A stretch of 62,870 nt of DNA, counting the filler, from Collodictyon triciliatum (taxonomy: Eukaryota): the NCBI GenBank assembly GCA_043381765.1. It is 12 parts of 12 records of this genome, joined end to end, with 100 filler letters (N's around TTAATTAATTAA, not from the genome) between each part and the next. Parts side by side here need not be neighbours in the genome. Positions count along the whole stretch, not along the records: positions 37,955 to 43,595 come from JBHJMP010005053.1; positions 43,696 to 49,334 come from JBHJMP010005054.1; positions 49,435 to 55,074 come from JBHJMP010005055.1; 9 more parts are not named here. One strand, given 5' to 3'. Each line of letters starts with the position of its first letter. The stretch's first letter is position 1. The translations under genes and the position numbers were made by a program. The notes below the pieces were generated by a model that worked only from the letters and a program-made list of their open reading frames with translations, was not told where the DNA came from and ran no database searches. Shown in pieces: positions 38,138 through 54,830 of this stretch.

Positions 38138-38227
38138 CAAAAAAAAAAAAAAAAAAGCAATAAAAAAAAACAGGAATAAAAACAACAACAACAAAAAACA
38201 CACAAAGCGCCCTCCACCCGCACGCCT

Positions 38228-43414
<5,187 letters not shown>

Positions 43415-43866
43415 AGGGAAAACGATAACTATGCCAGGCTCAGCATTTTGATAATACTAACAACGTCAACAAGCAACACGGTGACAATAAAATGAAAAAA
43501 GAAAAAGAAAAGAAAAAGAAAAGAAAAAGAAAAGAAAAAGAAAAGAAAAAGAAAAGAAAAAGAAAAGAAAAAGAAAAAGAAAAAGAAAAAGAAAANNNNN
43601 NNNNNNNNNNNNNNNNNNNNNNNNNNNNNNNNNNNNNNNTTAATTAATTAANNNNNNNNNNNNNNNNNNNNNNNNNNNNNNNNNNNNNNNNNNNNTTTTT
43701 TTCATGCTTTTTTCACCTTTTTTTTTTTTTTTGGCTTTTCCTCCTTCCTTTAATTCTTGCATAATGTTTGCCTAATTATTTATTTATTTATTTTTCTTAA
43801 TCTATGTGGATGCCTCACTCACCCAAAAAAAAAACTAATCGAATAATAAAATGGTTCTGCCCACAG

Positions 43867-44928
43867 AACTTAGCACCGACCTTTACAAGGACGGATTCAA
43901 GAACGTTGTCGGTGTCGATTTCTCCCCCATCTGCATAGAGAAGATGGCGCACAAGAACGTTGAACATCCGGAACTAAAATGTATATTATTTTTCCTTTAT
44001 TCGATTCAAAGAACTGAAATGTATATTATTTTAGTCTATTCCTTTTCTTTTATAACTTTGAAATGAAGTGTTGGGTATGTGTTGGAGAAAATGTAGACTC
44101 GTCTTGTTTGAAAAGAAGTAGTGTCGAGATTATAAATACCCCCAAACTTACCAGGGATGGTTATGGATGTGATGGACATGAAGGAGTTTGAAAATGAGAC
44201 TTTCGACATTGTCATCGACAAAGGTTTTTATTGCTCTCAAATAGCTTGACATAACTGTTATGGTTCAAAAGGTAGCCAATAACATTCTCCGATTCATTCC
44301 ATCGCTATTTAACTCTATGTCCAGGAACTATCGACGCTATTATGGTATAGCCCACACAACCTGATTAATTATCAATTTTATGAGATTATCGGACTACAAC
44401 TTGTTTTGTTTTTTATTATTATTTTTATTCTTCCTTTCAATTTATCAGACTACAACTTGTTATTTTTTATGCAACTTTTAATTTCTATATTTTGTAAAAC
44501 ATAAATTCAAAGTGCGAACGCGGTGATGTATGGGATGTTGACCCGACTATCAAGCACGATATCGACCGTGTTGTTTCGGAGTACTATAGGCAAGTAACCT
44601 TCCTGCATATCGCCCAACCGTATCCATGTCATAATTAGTCCAAACTTATGAAAGAAAGATAAAAGACGGCTCATTTCATGTAATATCATTCGCACAGAGT
44701 ACTCAAAAAAGGAGGCGTATGTGTCTACATCACCTTTGGCCAGCCTCATTTCCGGCGACAATACTTTCTAGAGTCGAAGTTTGACTGGAGCTTTGAGATG
44801 CGGACGATTGGTAATGCTTTTATAGCCTTTATGTCACTCTATTTTATGTACGGCGTTGACTTAATGGGTTGAACCTAGGCGATGCCTTCCACTATTTTGT
44901 CTACATCATGAAGAGGAGGTCGGAATAA
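43867..44928 (+). CDS. EEF1AKMT4/METTL13-type SAM-dependent methyltransferase, 5'-partial
   Basis: DLYKDGFKNVVGVDFSPICIEKM, WMVMDVMDM, FDIVIDKGTIDAIMC, RVLKKGG..ITFGQPHFRR and FHYFVYIMK. Confidence 0.9.
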
Positions 44929-45086
44929 AAGGACACAGCTATTATGCTCCAAGATTGTTATCGAGCTGTGTCTTAAGCATAAATATCCATACTTCACTCA
45001 GCATTATGAGTGGTCTCGAGTTTTTATTGTGCGAACCTTGGACTACCAACTCAACGTCAAACAAGGTCTGCCATAGTCTTATTTGC

Positions 45087-46974
45087 CTAGAGACTATAAT
45101 GGGTAGCGAGATACTGGTAGACCACTGCGGAAGCATTGCCGATGAGAAAGGAAAGAAAAAAAAGGCGGTTTTCTTTTCTTTTTTTTTTAATATTAAACTT
45201 ATATTCGAAGCAAGCTTTAGAAACTTTAAGTAAATCAATTTTGTCAGAAAACTCAGTTGTCACCTCCTGCAAATGTCTGCGTGAATTCCTCGCGTATCTC
45301 CGCACTTGTGCGACGTACATAAGCAGACATTTCGAGCTGAATGCCATCGATAGTACCTCCTTCAAATGATATTCAAGAATGTATGATAAGTTTGCATGCT
45401 ACGAGTCCGGTTCCTTTCCCTTATTCATTTCATATAATCCTTGATGTATGAATTAATGTCCAATATGAGAAATATTTGGGGATTGACATATATGCTATGA
45501 AGACTCTAGTTTTATGCCATCGGGATCATGAGAGAAAGAGAAATAACAGGAAGCACACGGCTGTGAGGAACTAATAACAATGATGATGAAAATGAAAATG
45601 AAAATGAAAAGAAAAGAAAAGAAAAAAGAAGACATACCGTTGAGAGAACCGTGCACCTGTGTATTGTATCCACCGCTAAAGTAGCCGCCTGTTCCAGGGC
45701 CTGGGTAAGTGGGGCTTGGAACGCTCTTGTATCCTGCCCTCTCTAGAAATCCACCCATGCTGGTTGAACCCCGAATCAGCTCGCCAAATGAACGAGTCTT
45801 TGTACGGCAGCCACATATCAACACCGTATTTACAAAAAGGAATGGAAAGATAGATGAAATGATCATAAATAAATATGCACGAATTATATCATGCAAAAGC
45901 GTCGTCAGGAGATAATGTTCTCTCTTAAATGAACGCCCAGCATGAGATTAATAAGACATAATGTATGAATACAAATCCTGAGACAGAAATAAAATACATG
46001 AGTTTGGTATGTTGTATAAAAATATTCAAAAGTAAAGAAAGTGAAAGGAAAGGAAACTGCTACGCTCGTATTTCCGAGATTTCTTATAGATGTTCTGTTA
46101 ATCACATCGGGACTTTGTAAGTCGCGGTCGGATAATGTATTCAATTCATTTGCTGTGAGGAGATAGCCGAATTCATTCCAGTTCTAAAAACAAGATGATG
46201 GAATATTGTAAATGACGATGATTTAGTTCCACCAAGGCAAATATTATGATTTAAAGTGCCCCTTTGAAGACCTGAATGGAAGAATAAAAGGAATATAAGC
46301 AGGGGTTAGAACCTCTTCGTGTGCTTGTCCGTGCATATCGATGTATAGACCCTTTCCGTAGGAAAGAAGAACCTGCTGACTATGAACATACAGCACGATA
46401 GTAATAAATATATCAAAGGAGAAATATGAATATGGAGAAAATCAGAGACTGCAACCTTAGGAATAGTATCATTGAGCTACCAAGAAAAAAAATCAAAAGG
46501 CATAAAAGAAAAAAAAAACAACCATATGCAATAATAGATTCAAATGTCGTTATCGAATAAAGGAAAAAAATATTCAAATGTCGTTCATTTTTATATAATA
46601 TGTCGAAGAAAAGCATTTATATATGAACATCGATTTTAGTGGTGGTAATCTCGGGCAGTTATAGTTCATTTTGGTGATGAGCGAATGAATTAAACATGAG
46701 TTCAAGATGAAGAAGAAACAAAGAAAGGGAAACGGGAAGAAAGGAAAAGAGAAAATCAAGGAGCTACGCACCGGGCTCGGTCTATGAAGGCATGGTACTC
46801 TGCCCACGCGAGCTCAGCCTCCGGGTTTCCTTGGGCGCCCTCAACAATGTCTCTGTTTGCATCCAGCTTTGTGCGCTTCAGATGACAGACAACGACGTGC
46901 GGGACAGACTTTGAGGAGCGCTCGGCCATCACCTCCTGAAGGCGGAGAGTCATCTCGCGGGTCCACGAGCTCAT
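45087..46974 (-). CDS. N-formylglutamate amidohydrolase-like zinc hydrolase, apparently lacking its N-terminus
   Basis: PHVVVCHLKRTKLDANRDIVEGAQGNPEAELAWAEYHAFI, LYIDMHG, EFGY, ELIRGSTSMGGFL, VPSPTYPGP..YFSGGYNTQVHGS and IDGIQLE; the last exon is VVYQYLATHYSL*. Confidence 0.8.
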
Positions 46975-47010
46975 CTCACTTTCGAGGATGTGTATTTTTA
47001 TGTTTGTACT

Positions 47011-49215
47011 TTATTCAGTCTCCCTGTCTTCTTTTCGGGTATGCTGACCCTTATCTTTCGATAGAACAAGGAATCGACTCCCAGATACTACTCTTATTCT
47101 GCATCGTTTTTCGTCAGCCGCCCGAGATTGGTGGGGTGGGTGTTGCGTTTTTGAACTCTGGATTGTACTTGCGATGGGTTCTTTCCACTTTGATGAGGCC
47201 TTTTGATGTTGTTTCTGTATCTCAGCCATATTTGGCTCAGGTTTGAGGTATTTCTGCTTCACTTTCCTTACAATTTCCATGTAGCTATCCTGTCTTTTTT
47301 TCATCGGCATCCAACGCCCCGGACCTGGAATGTCCATGTCCATCTCAGGGTACCAAAGCCCAAGCTCGTCGAGCATGAGTAGGCTATGTATGGCATGTTT
47401 GAATATTGGGTTACTGAATGTATAATCTTTGCTTTTGTGGAGCATTCTCAGGATTCCGAGGTAGGCCCAGATGTCAAGTGTTGCTTCCATTTGGCGCATT
47501 TTCTTGAAAACATCGACGACTTCTTTCGGGTTCTCTAGACGCATTGATAGATACAAGTATGCCTATGTTCCATCAATTTTTAGATATCACGATACACGGG
47601 TCGTTATTTCTTTAATGCTGCGGCATATATTTTATCTATGAACCCCTATCGAATACATACCCTCCATATCTCGACAGAAGGTTGAATGGACAATTCCTTC
47701 ATCTGACCAAGCATTAGTTGGAAAGGTCTAATTTGAGGGGCAGTCGTGTGAACGGCATACTCTGTGAAAACTGTTTCGAATACATCGATTGTTGGCTGTA
47801 TATTCATGGTAATAAGGTCCTGTATGAATTTTTTCCCAATGTATTCCACTCTGTTCGCCTCTCTATGTGCTATGAGTAATATTTTAGCTGTTTCAGACCC
47901 CAGAGCTATTTTTTTCGACTTCATTTCCTCTATTAATGACAGGTATCTGTTCATGTCCTCGATATTGATTGTTATCATGTAATGGTACATTTCGGAATCC
48001 AATTTCAGTCCTAAAGCTTTGTATTCACACAGTGTTTCCCTTTTTTTTTTTAAAAAAAAAAAAAAAGAGTCAAGGTCGATATATAATATTCATTACATGT
48101 AACAATCAATCATGTAACATAATAGAATATACTCTGCTAATGCTTTCTCTTTCAATGAAGAGCACATTCGAAGTACTGAAGAATAAAATTGAGTTACTGA
48201 ATTACTAATCTCCTTCTTTAAATTACTGCTCATTCCCTGTGTGAAGGAATTCTTCATGCGACTCTTTAATAAATAATAAAAGTATGTTATACAAGGAAAT
48301 GATTCGAGAATACGATTCCCTGCAATTAAAGAAATAGCTCAAGAAACCAATATTTACCTTGAAGTCTGTTTTCAATTTATATTCTCGGTAGATACTGAGG
48401 CCATCGGAGGAATGTCCGCTCGATATGGACACCTTCGTTTAAATTAGATTAGATAATCATTTTAGGCTGTCAGTATATGAACATTATAAAGATGATTTCA
48501 TACCGACCAATTATTTAATTAATTCAATGTCCAAACAAACCTTAATTATTTCGGTCAAAACAGGTAAGGGAATAGGATTTAGCTTTTCGGTTATCTGAGA
48601 AAAGAAGCTTTTTGCACGAGACCACGGTGCCTTATATCAAAAGCAGGAAACTTTTATGAGGAAATCTTAATAACGTGTGCCGAGTGTTGAATACATACAA
48701 AAGACCACTTTTCTCTTTTATGAATCAGAAAAGAATATAAATCATTTTCCGGTCACCACCTCTGAACTCGCACAAGAGCGTATAACTGAGATGTAGTCTT
48801 TCTCTACTGGAGAATGATTTTCATCTATTTTTCGTTGATACAGCTTAAAACACTCCTCAAAGTGCCCAGAGCCTGCAAGGTTGCCTAAGACTAGGGTGTA
48901 GTACTCAGATATGGGGAACTTCGAACTTTGTGCTTTGGCTCGGTCGAGCAACTTGATAGCTTCCAGTGGACGGTTTTCTTCCTTCAGGTTTCGAAACTGC
49001 TGAACATACCACTCATGATTCTGTACTGGCTGCAATGAATGTACACTGAACCCGTCATTATTCTGGGGTGATCCGGCCTTCTTTTGTGAGTTGGACTCAG
49101 CAGGACTCGTCTTGGTGGTGGTGTGGCTCACAGGACGAGAAAAGGAGACAGGCATCCAACGGCGGGTCATCGACTGCCGCAAACAGAAGCGTAATAGTAG
49201 CGGACTGCTTACCAT
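47011..49215 (-). CDS. Pentatricopeptide-repeat-like protein with a probable mitochondrial presequence
   Basis: Arg/Ser/Leu-rich N-terminus with no acidic residues; PPR-like units YYTLVLGNLAGSGHFEECFKLYQR, MLGQMKELSIQPSVEIW and EVVDVFKKMRQMEATLDIWAYLGIL. Confidence 0.75.
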
Positions 49216-49261
49216 CCTGTGGAGGGACTCCCTTTGCGATTTTTATTTGTCTTTATATTTT

Positions 49262-49334
<73 letters not shown>

Positions 49335-49679
49335 NNNNNNNNNNNNNNNNNNNNNNNNNNNNNNNNNNNNNNNNNNNNTTAATTAATTAANNNNNNNNNN
49401 NNNNNNNNNNNNNNNNNNNNNNNNNNNNNNNNNNCTTTGTTCTTTGTTCTTTGTTCTTTGTTCTTTGTTCTTTGTTCTTTGTTCTTTGTTCTTTGTTCTT
49501 TGTTCTTTGTTCTTTGTTCTTTGGCCCAGTGTGAGGGAGGGTAGAATACCCCCGCCACGCTAATCATGATGGTATCCAAGGTGAATACCTCCGCACCTGA
49601 ACCTGCACCCATTGCATATATTGACTATCTTTCCGTAGGCTCTTTTGGAACAGAAAGTTTATTGTTGTTTTGTTTTTAC

Positions 49680-50549
49680 ATGGAGGCAATCATTCGTAAC
49701 GCAGAGAATCTGAACTGCCCCATATGCATGTGTCGCTTCTGTGACCCTGTTGTCTTGGCTTGTGGACACAGCTATTGCTCGAGATGCCTCGACTCTCGAC
49801 TCTCGCTTTGTCCTCAATGCCGCACGAAGATTGAAAACTCCAAGAAACCCCACAACTTCAGTTTGCGCGAGGCTATCGATTCCATAAGTCAGTGCGAGGA
49901 ATACTTGGATGCGGCTAATATCTTTATGGTTGAAAAGGATGAGGTGATCGACGGGCTTAATCGGAAAATTGGAGCCTGCGACGCTCAGATAGAAGCCTTT
50001 CAGGCTTTGATACTCGAGAATGAAAGGGTCAAGTGCAAAATGATGGAAGATGCAAATATACTCTTGGCTGATGTGAGCTTAAAGGAGAAATCACTCAAGG
50101 CACTGAATGAAAAAGTAGAGGAGCTCGAAAAGCTGGCCTCTTCGAGAGCCCTCAACCTGGAAAGAGCCAATGAAATGCTAAAGCACACAGACAGGTTGAG
50201 GGAGGTAACGTTTGACTCGGTGACTAGGTCCCAAACAACATTGGATTCTGCACGCAAAGAATTAATGAAAGAGTTAAAAGAAAAGGACTCTATCATCCTT
50301 GCCTATGAGATTGAATCCAAACAGCTTAGGGAAGAATTATGTCGATTGAGAAAAAGAGTATATGCAGGCGGACAGCAGGTCTCGGATGATGTACATGAGT
50401 CGGCAACAAAGAAGCAGAGACGTGATGAAACCCAGTCGCACAGTTCGCATAAGAGAACCAAGGCAACACATTCACTGAGCACGTTGGTGGTGGAAACTAT
50501 CCGTGGATATATTATTGCGCCACTATCATCTCTCTTGCAATTCAGATAG
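49680..50549 (+). CDS. Intronless C3HC4 RING finger + coiled-coil protein (putative E3 ligase)
   Basis: CPICMCRFCDPVVLACGHSYCSRCL..CPQCR followed by a heptad-rich region; an upstream in-frame ATG at 49566 is also possible. Confidence 0.88.
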   Translation: MEAIIRNAENLNCPICMCRFCDPVVLACGHSYCSRCLDSRLSLCPQCRTKIENSKKPHNFSLREAIDSISQCEEYLDAANIFMVEKDEVIDGLNRKIGACDAQIEAFQALILENERVKCKMMEDANILLADVSLKEKSLKALNEKVEELEKLASSRALNLERANEMLKHTDRLREVTFDSVTRSQTTLDSARKELMKELKEKDSIILAYEIESKQLREELCRLRKRVYAGGQQVSDDVHESATKKQRRDETQSHSSHKRTKATHSLSTLVVETIRGYIIAPLSSLLQFR

Positions 50550-51239
50550 ATGGATAATTCAAGAGCATATCACACCTCACTCATCTCTCCAGGATAGCTC
50601 GATATGATGAAAATTTCGTGTAGTCCTTGATCAGGTTTCTGGGTGGCTGAAGAATGAGTAAATTATCGAATAGCTGTCCATTGCAGAGCTGTTTTGGAAG
50701 TGACGTCTATAATAAAGAAAGTGAAATTTATATGTAAGTTGTATCTAGCCTTCATTTCTCATATGAACTCATAGACTGAATAAAGGCGATAAAGGCGATG
50801 GAGGAGGAAAAAAAGCATCATAAACCATTGCTTGATTCCCTATCGATTTGGATAAAAAAAAAACTGAAAAGATTAGGCAGCGTACATCCGATAAACATTA
50901 ATATATAAGATTGTCGGTTTTAAATGTTTGGCTTAAAATTTTTAAAAAAAATAATAACCAAAAATAACCCCAAAGTAATCAGTAGTAATTAATATAAGAA
51001 TAATTAAAAACAACAAGGACTCAAGACTTTTCAGTGAACTGCACTAAACCCAAGTAAAAAATAAATGCAGAAATCTAAAATGTCTCTTTCATTCATTACA
51101 ATATGTTTACATTATCAGATTCTTTTGATACAAACAACTGTTACATATATATATATATTCAAAATTCAAGTCACATGGTTTTTTATATTAAAAATATAAT
51201 CAACAGAAAGGCGAGATGCAAAAGTGAAAAAAAAAAACA

Positions 51240-51690
51240 AAATATTATGAAAGTTTTAATCACAAGAGAAAAGGATTCAAAAAATAAAATTGAAATAGAT
51301 ATTATGAATGTTTTATCACAAAAGATAAGGCTTCAAAAAATAAAAATAGATATTATGAATGTTTTATCACAAGAGAAAAAGCTTCAAAAAATAAAATTGA
51401 AACAGATATTATGAATGTTTTATCACAAGAGAAAAGGCTTCAAAAAATAAAATTGAAATAGATATTATGAATGTTTTATCACAAAAGATAAGGCTTCAAA
51501 AAATAAAATTGAAATAGATATTATGAAAGTTTTATCACAAAAGATAAGGCTTCAAAAAATAAAATTGAAATAGATATTATGAATGTTTTATCACAAGAGA
51601 AAAGGCTTCAAAAAATAAAATTGAAATAGATATTATGAATGTTTTGTCACAAGAGAAAAAGCTTCAAAAAAAAATAAAATTCAAATCACT
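51240..51690. repeat. 56-bp AT-rich minisatellite, about 8 copies
   Basis: Unit ATATTATGAATGTTTTATCACAAGAGAAAAGGCTTCAAAAAATAAAATTGAAATAG, starting near 51242, 51299, 51350, 51406, 51462, 51518, 51574 and 51630. Confidence 0.95.
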
Positions 51691-51724
51691 ATTTTTTTTA
51701 TAACACTCCAGCTAAGTAAGACAA

Positions 51725-51806
51725 GACACTGTGGCCGAGCGGTTAAGGCGACAGACTAGAAATCTGTTGGGGTCTCCCCGCACAGGTTCAAATCCTGTCA
51801 GTGTCG
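51725..51806 (+). tRNA. tRNA-Ser(AGA)
   Basis: Acceptor GACACTG/CAGTGTC, D-arm TGGCCGAGCGGTTAAGGC, anticodon arm ACAGA-CTAGAAA-TCTGT, long variable arm, T-arm GGTTCAAATCC, discriminator G. Confidence 0.97.
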
Positions 51807-51810
51807 ATAC

Positions 51811-51816
51811 TTTTTT
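51811..51816 (+). terminator. Pol III oligo(T) terminator
   Basis: T6 run 4 nt downstream of the tRNA. Confidence 0.8.
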
Positions 51817-52029
51817 CGTTCTTGTTTTGTTACACCAGGTTTCTGCACTGCTGCGACCCACGCTTTCCGCGCAGCGACTGCGGTTTGCGCCAATCCACGT
51901 TTCTCATCACTTCACACGATATGTAGGCAAGATTTTTTCTGTGTTACACACGATATGGTGTCGAAAGACTACACTGTGCGGTTCTTTTTCTCATTTTTCT
52001 TTGGATATTCTTTATAACCGCCCCACAAA

Positions 52030-54830
52030 TTAGTAGCGAAGCGAATTCTTGACGCGTAGGGCCAGGTGAATCGGTCGCACATCCTTGCCTTCTTCTGCGT
52101 ACTTCTCGACTGCCTTCGCAACTGTTTGATTGAGCATCTCCTCTCGTATCTAAAATGTGTCTTGGGTAAGTCCCTACAATCGCACATTTGATTCATCAAT
52201 CCCGAGAATCCTTGAAACCATCAAGTATGTACCATTGTGGAAAAAAGCTCGGCCTGCCTTTGCTGCTCTTCCTCTTGTTTTTCCTCAGTCTTCTTTGCAT
52301 ATTTTTCTCTCTGTATGCCAAAATTTGAAGTGTTGGCAAAAGATTTCAGGGAGTTATTTATGGAAAAATGAAATAAAATAAAGTCTCCTATTTTCTCCTA
52401 TTTTTTCTTTTTAATCATCAATTCTTCAAATCCACATCACATATAATTGGCTCTATTACAGCTTGTTTTTGGTGCATCTGCGACACAGCAACTCTAGCTT
52501 GCCGAATCCTTTGCATATCCTCAGCATCCTCCGATTCGATTTCAAGCTCTCGTTGTTGCATCAGTCCTTTCTTCCTCTCATCCATCTCCCTTTCCTCTTT
52601 CTTGTGTTGCTCTTTAACGTCCAACTTGGAATTTTCATACAAAAGGAATGGAATGAAAAGAAAATGAAAAAGAAGGAAAGGAAAGGAAAGGAAAGGAAAG
52701 GAAAGGAAATTAGATAAGAAAAGGAGTGGACAAGAACCTTATAGCCCTTGAAGTAAATTCAAAGTGGTTGAGAAAATAAGGATATATGCATGAGAATAGA
52801 AAAGAATGTACATATATAATAGGACTGTGAAAGAATGTCAGATTTTCAGCCCCATTTCTTGGTCAGCTATCGTGTTCAGCTGTGATACCTGATGCTTCCA
52901 ATTTTGAAGCATTTTTTCTTGAGTTTCTCTTCGTTTCTCAGCCTCAAGTATTTCCCGGTGGTCTCTTTCTTGCTACAAGAATGGCGCAGAAGACCATATG
53001 AGTGATTTTGGGATATGGCGTAAGGTTTAAACCAACCAGTAATAATCCATTTGTATCAAATGAATTACTATCATCGAATGATTATTTGCTGAATAGGATG
53101 GCTTTTATTTACCTCTTTCTCTTGGGCATACTTCTCGAATTTTTCTTCACAGTCCTTGTGGTGCTTTGACTGGAAGGGAACAAAAGAAGACATAACTTTC
53201 TCTTTGCCTTCTTGCCGAATCCTAATAACAGAAATGAAGACAAAGAAAGTTGTGAGGGGAAAGGAGGAGGATCAAAGGGTAAAAAAAGGCATTTAATCAT
53301 ACATTTGGACGATACTGTCGAAAACTATATGAAAAATACATCCGCAGCTCTCTCTCCCGCTGATGTATTTTTGAGGACAATTCTCTTTTTCTTTGGTTGT
53401 GTTCAACGTCTTTCCTATCCTTCTCTTCCATTTCTCGCTGCTCTTTTTCTTTGAGCTCCTGAGAAATAGAGAAATAGATTGTTTATTATTCTTTCATTCG
53501 ATATAGCTTTCAATACACCAAACCTCACCTTAGCATATTCTGCAAATGCGAATAATTGTCTTTGGGACTCTTTCTCTCGAGAAATTCTTTCGTCCTCGGC
53601 TTTTTTAATGGTCTCCAATTGACGATTTACAAATGTTTGTATTTTTTCGCCCTCAATTTTTGCTTCCTAAAGGAACGAATGCATGACATTCTGCTTTAAT
53701 TTTGGTGGGGAAAATCATAAAAAAGTAGAAAGAAAAAGCGAAGATATGACTCAATAAGTTACCCTGAGTTTATCAACACACCGACGCCTGTATTCCTCCA
53801 CTTGGTCTTTTTGGTAATCCGTAAGCTCGCGTACTCTGCTCGTTTTGGCTATTCGCTCTCGCTCCTCTCTGCAAAAGTATTAAACAACAGCTTTGTAAAC
53901 AAATCAGAAAAAAATCAATCCATAAAACTATAAGATAAAATCATTTACTGCTCCTCCTGAATTTTAAGGCGTTCCTTCGCCTGCTCCTCTATTTGTCGTT
54001 CTCGCATCTTACCCATCTCGTTCATCTCTTTTCTTAGTTGCATTTGGTCTTCTCTATCCTGCATTAGAATTATGTTTATGACATTTTCAAGAGAACCTCC
54101 TTTCCCCGTACTTGTATTGTAACGAAAGAGAAAGGGTACTCTGCTGTGACATTTAAATTACAGAAGCCCATCTTCTCTGTTACTGAAGTGATGATGATAA
54201 CGAAGCAGCAAGAGAATATGTTCTCATTTAAATTGTAAGAATAAGATTATTATTGTTGTTTGTAATAACAAAACCTTCAAAACATCGCTTATCATCATCC
54301 CAGAACGCAATCGGCGAGCTATGTCAGAATCTTTCATAAGTAATGCAGCAGCGCGGTCGTATGCTTCCTTTCGCGTTCGCTCCTGTAGTTCGGCTGAATA
54401 TGCATCCATGGCACGTTCTTCTTCCTTTCATTTTGCATGCATGTTAAATCACGGTGAAAAATTATTGCCTAGCATCGTCAGCCATCAATAATAAGTTAAA
54501 ATGTAACGAACGTATTTACCTTTTTCCTCTCTTCTTTATCTTTCATTCTGGCTTCACGTAATTCTCTGGTGTGTTTTTCTGTTCCCGTCCAATTTTGCGT
54601 CCGTGATCGACTCATTTCTTTTAAGCGCTCGATCTATTGAGATAATAATGTTCGTTCATGCAGGTCAATGCGTGATTATGATCTCATCCAAAAAGAATCT
54701 TATGTTTTATCAAGGTATTGAAGAATGAGACAATATGTACTTCAGCAACTCTTGGGTCTTCAGGGGGGCATATTCTGTAATGAATGCGCTCAATATCTGA
54801 ATTCGACAAGACAATGATGGAATTTGCTTC
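52030..54830 (-). CDS. Trichoplein/TPH-domain ciliary coiled-coil protein, CFAP210/CCDC173-like, 5'-partial
   Basis: SRSRTQNWTGT and RKEAYDRAAALLMKDSDIARRLRSGMMISDVLKDREDQ, E/K/R/Q-rich exons, and a C-terminus EEGKDVRPIHLAL. Confidence 0.7.

Noticed and set aside
51240..51690. CRISPR-like array
   Set aside because: Head-to-tail units without unique spacers, no cas genes, eukaryotic context.
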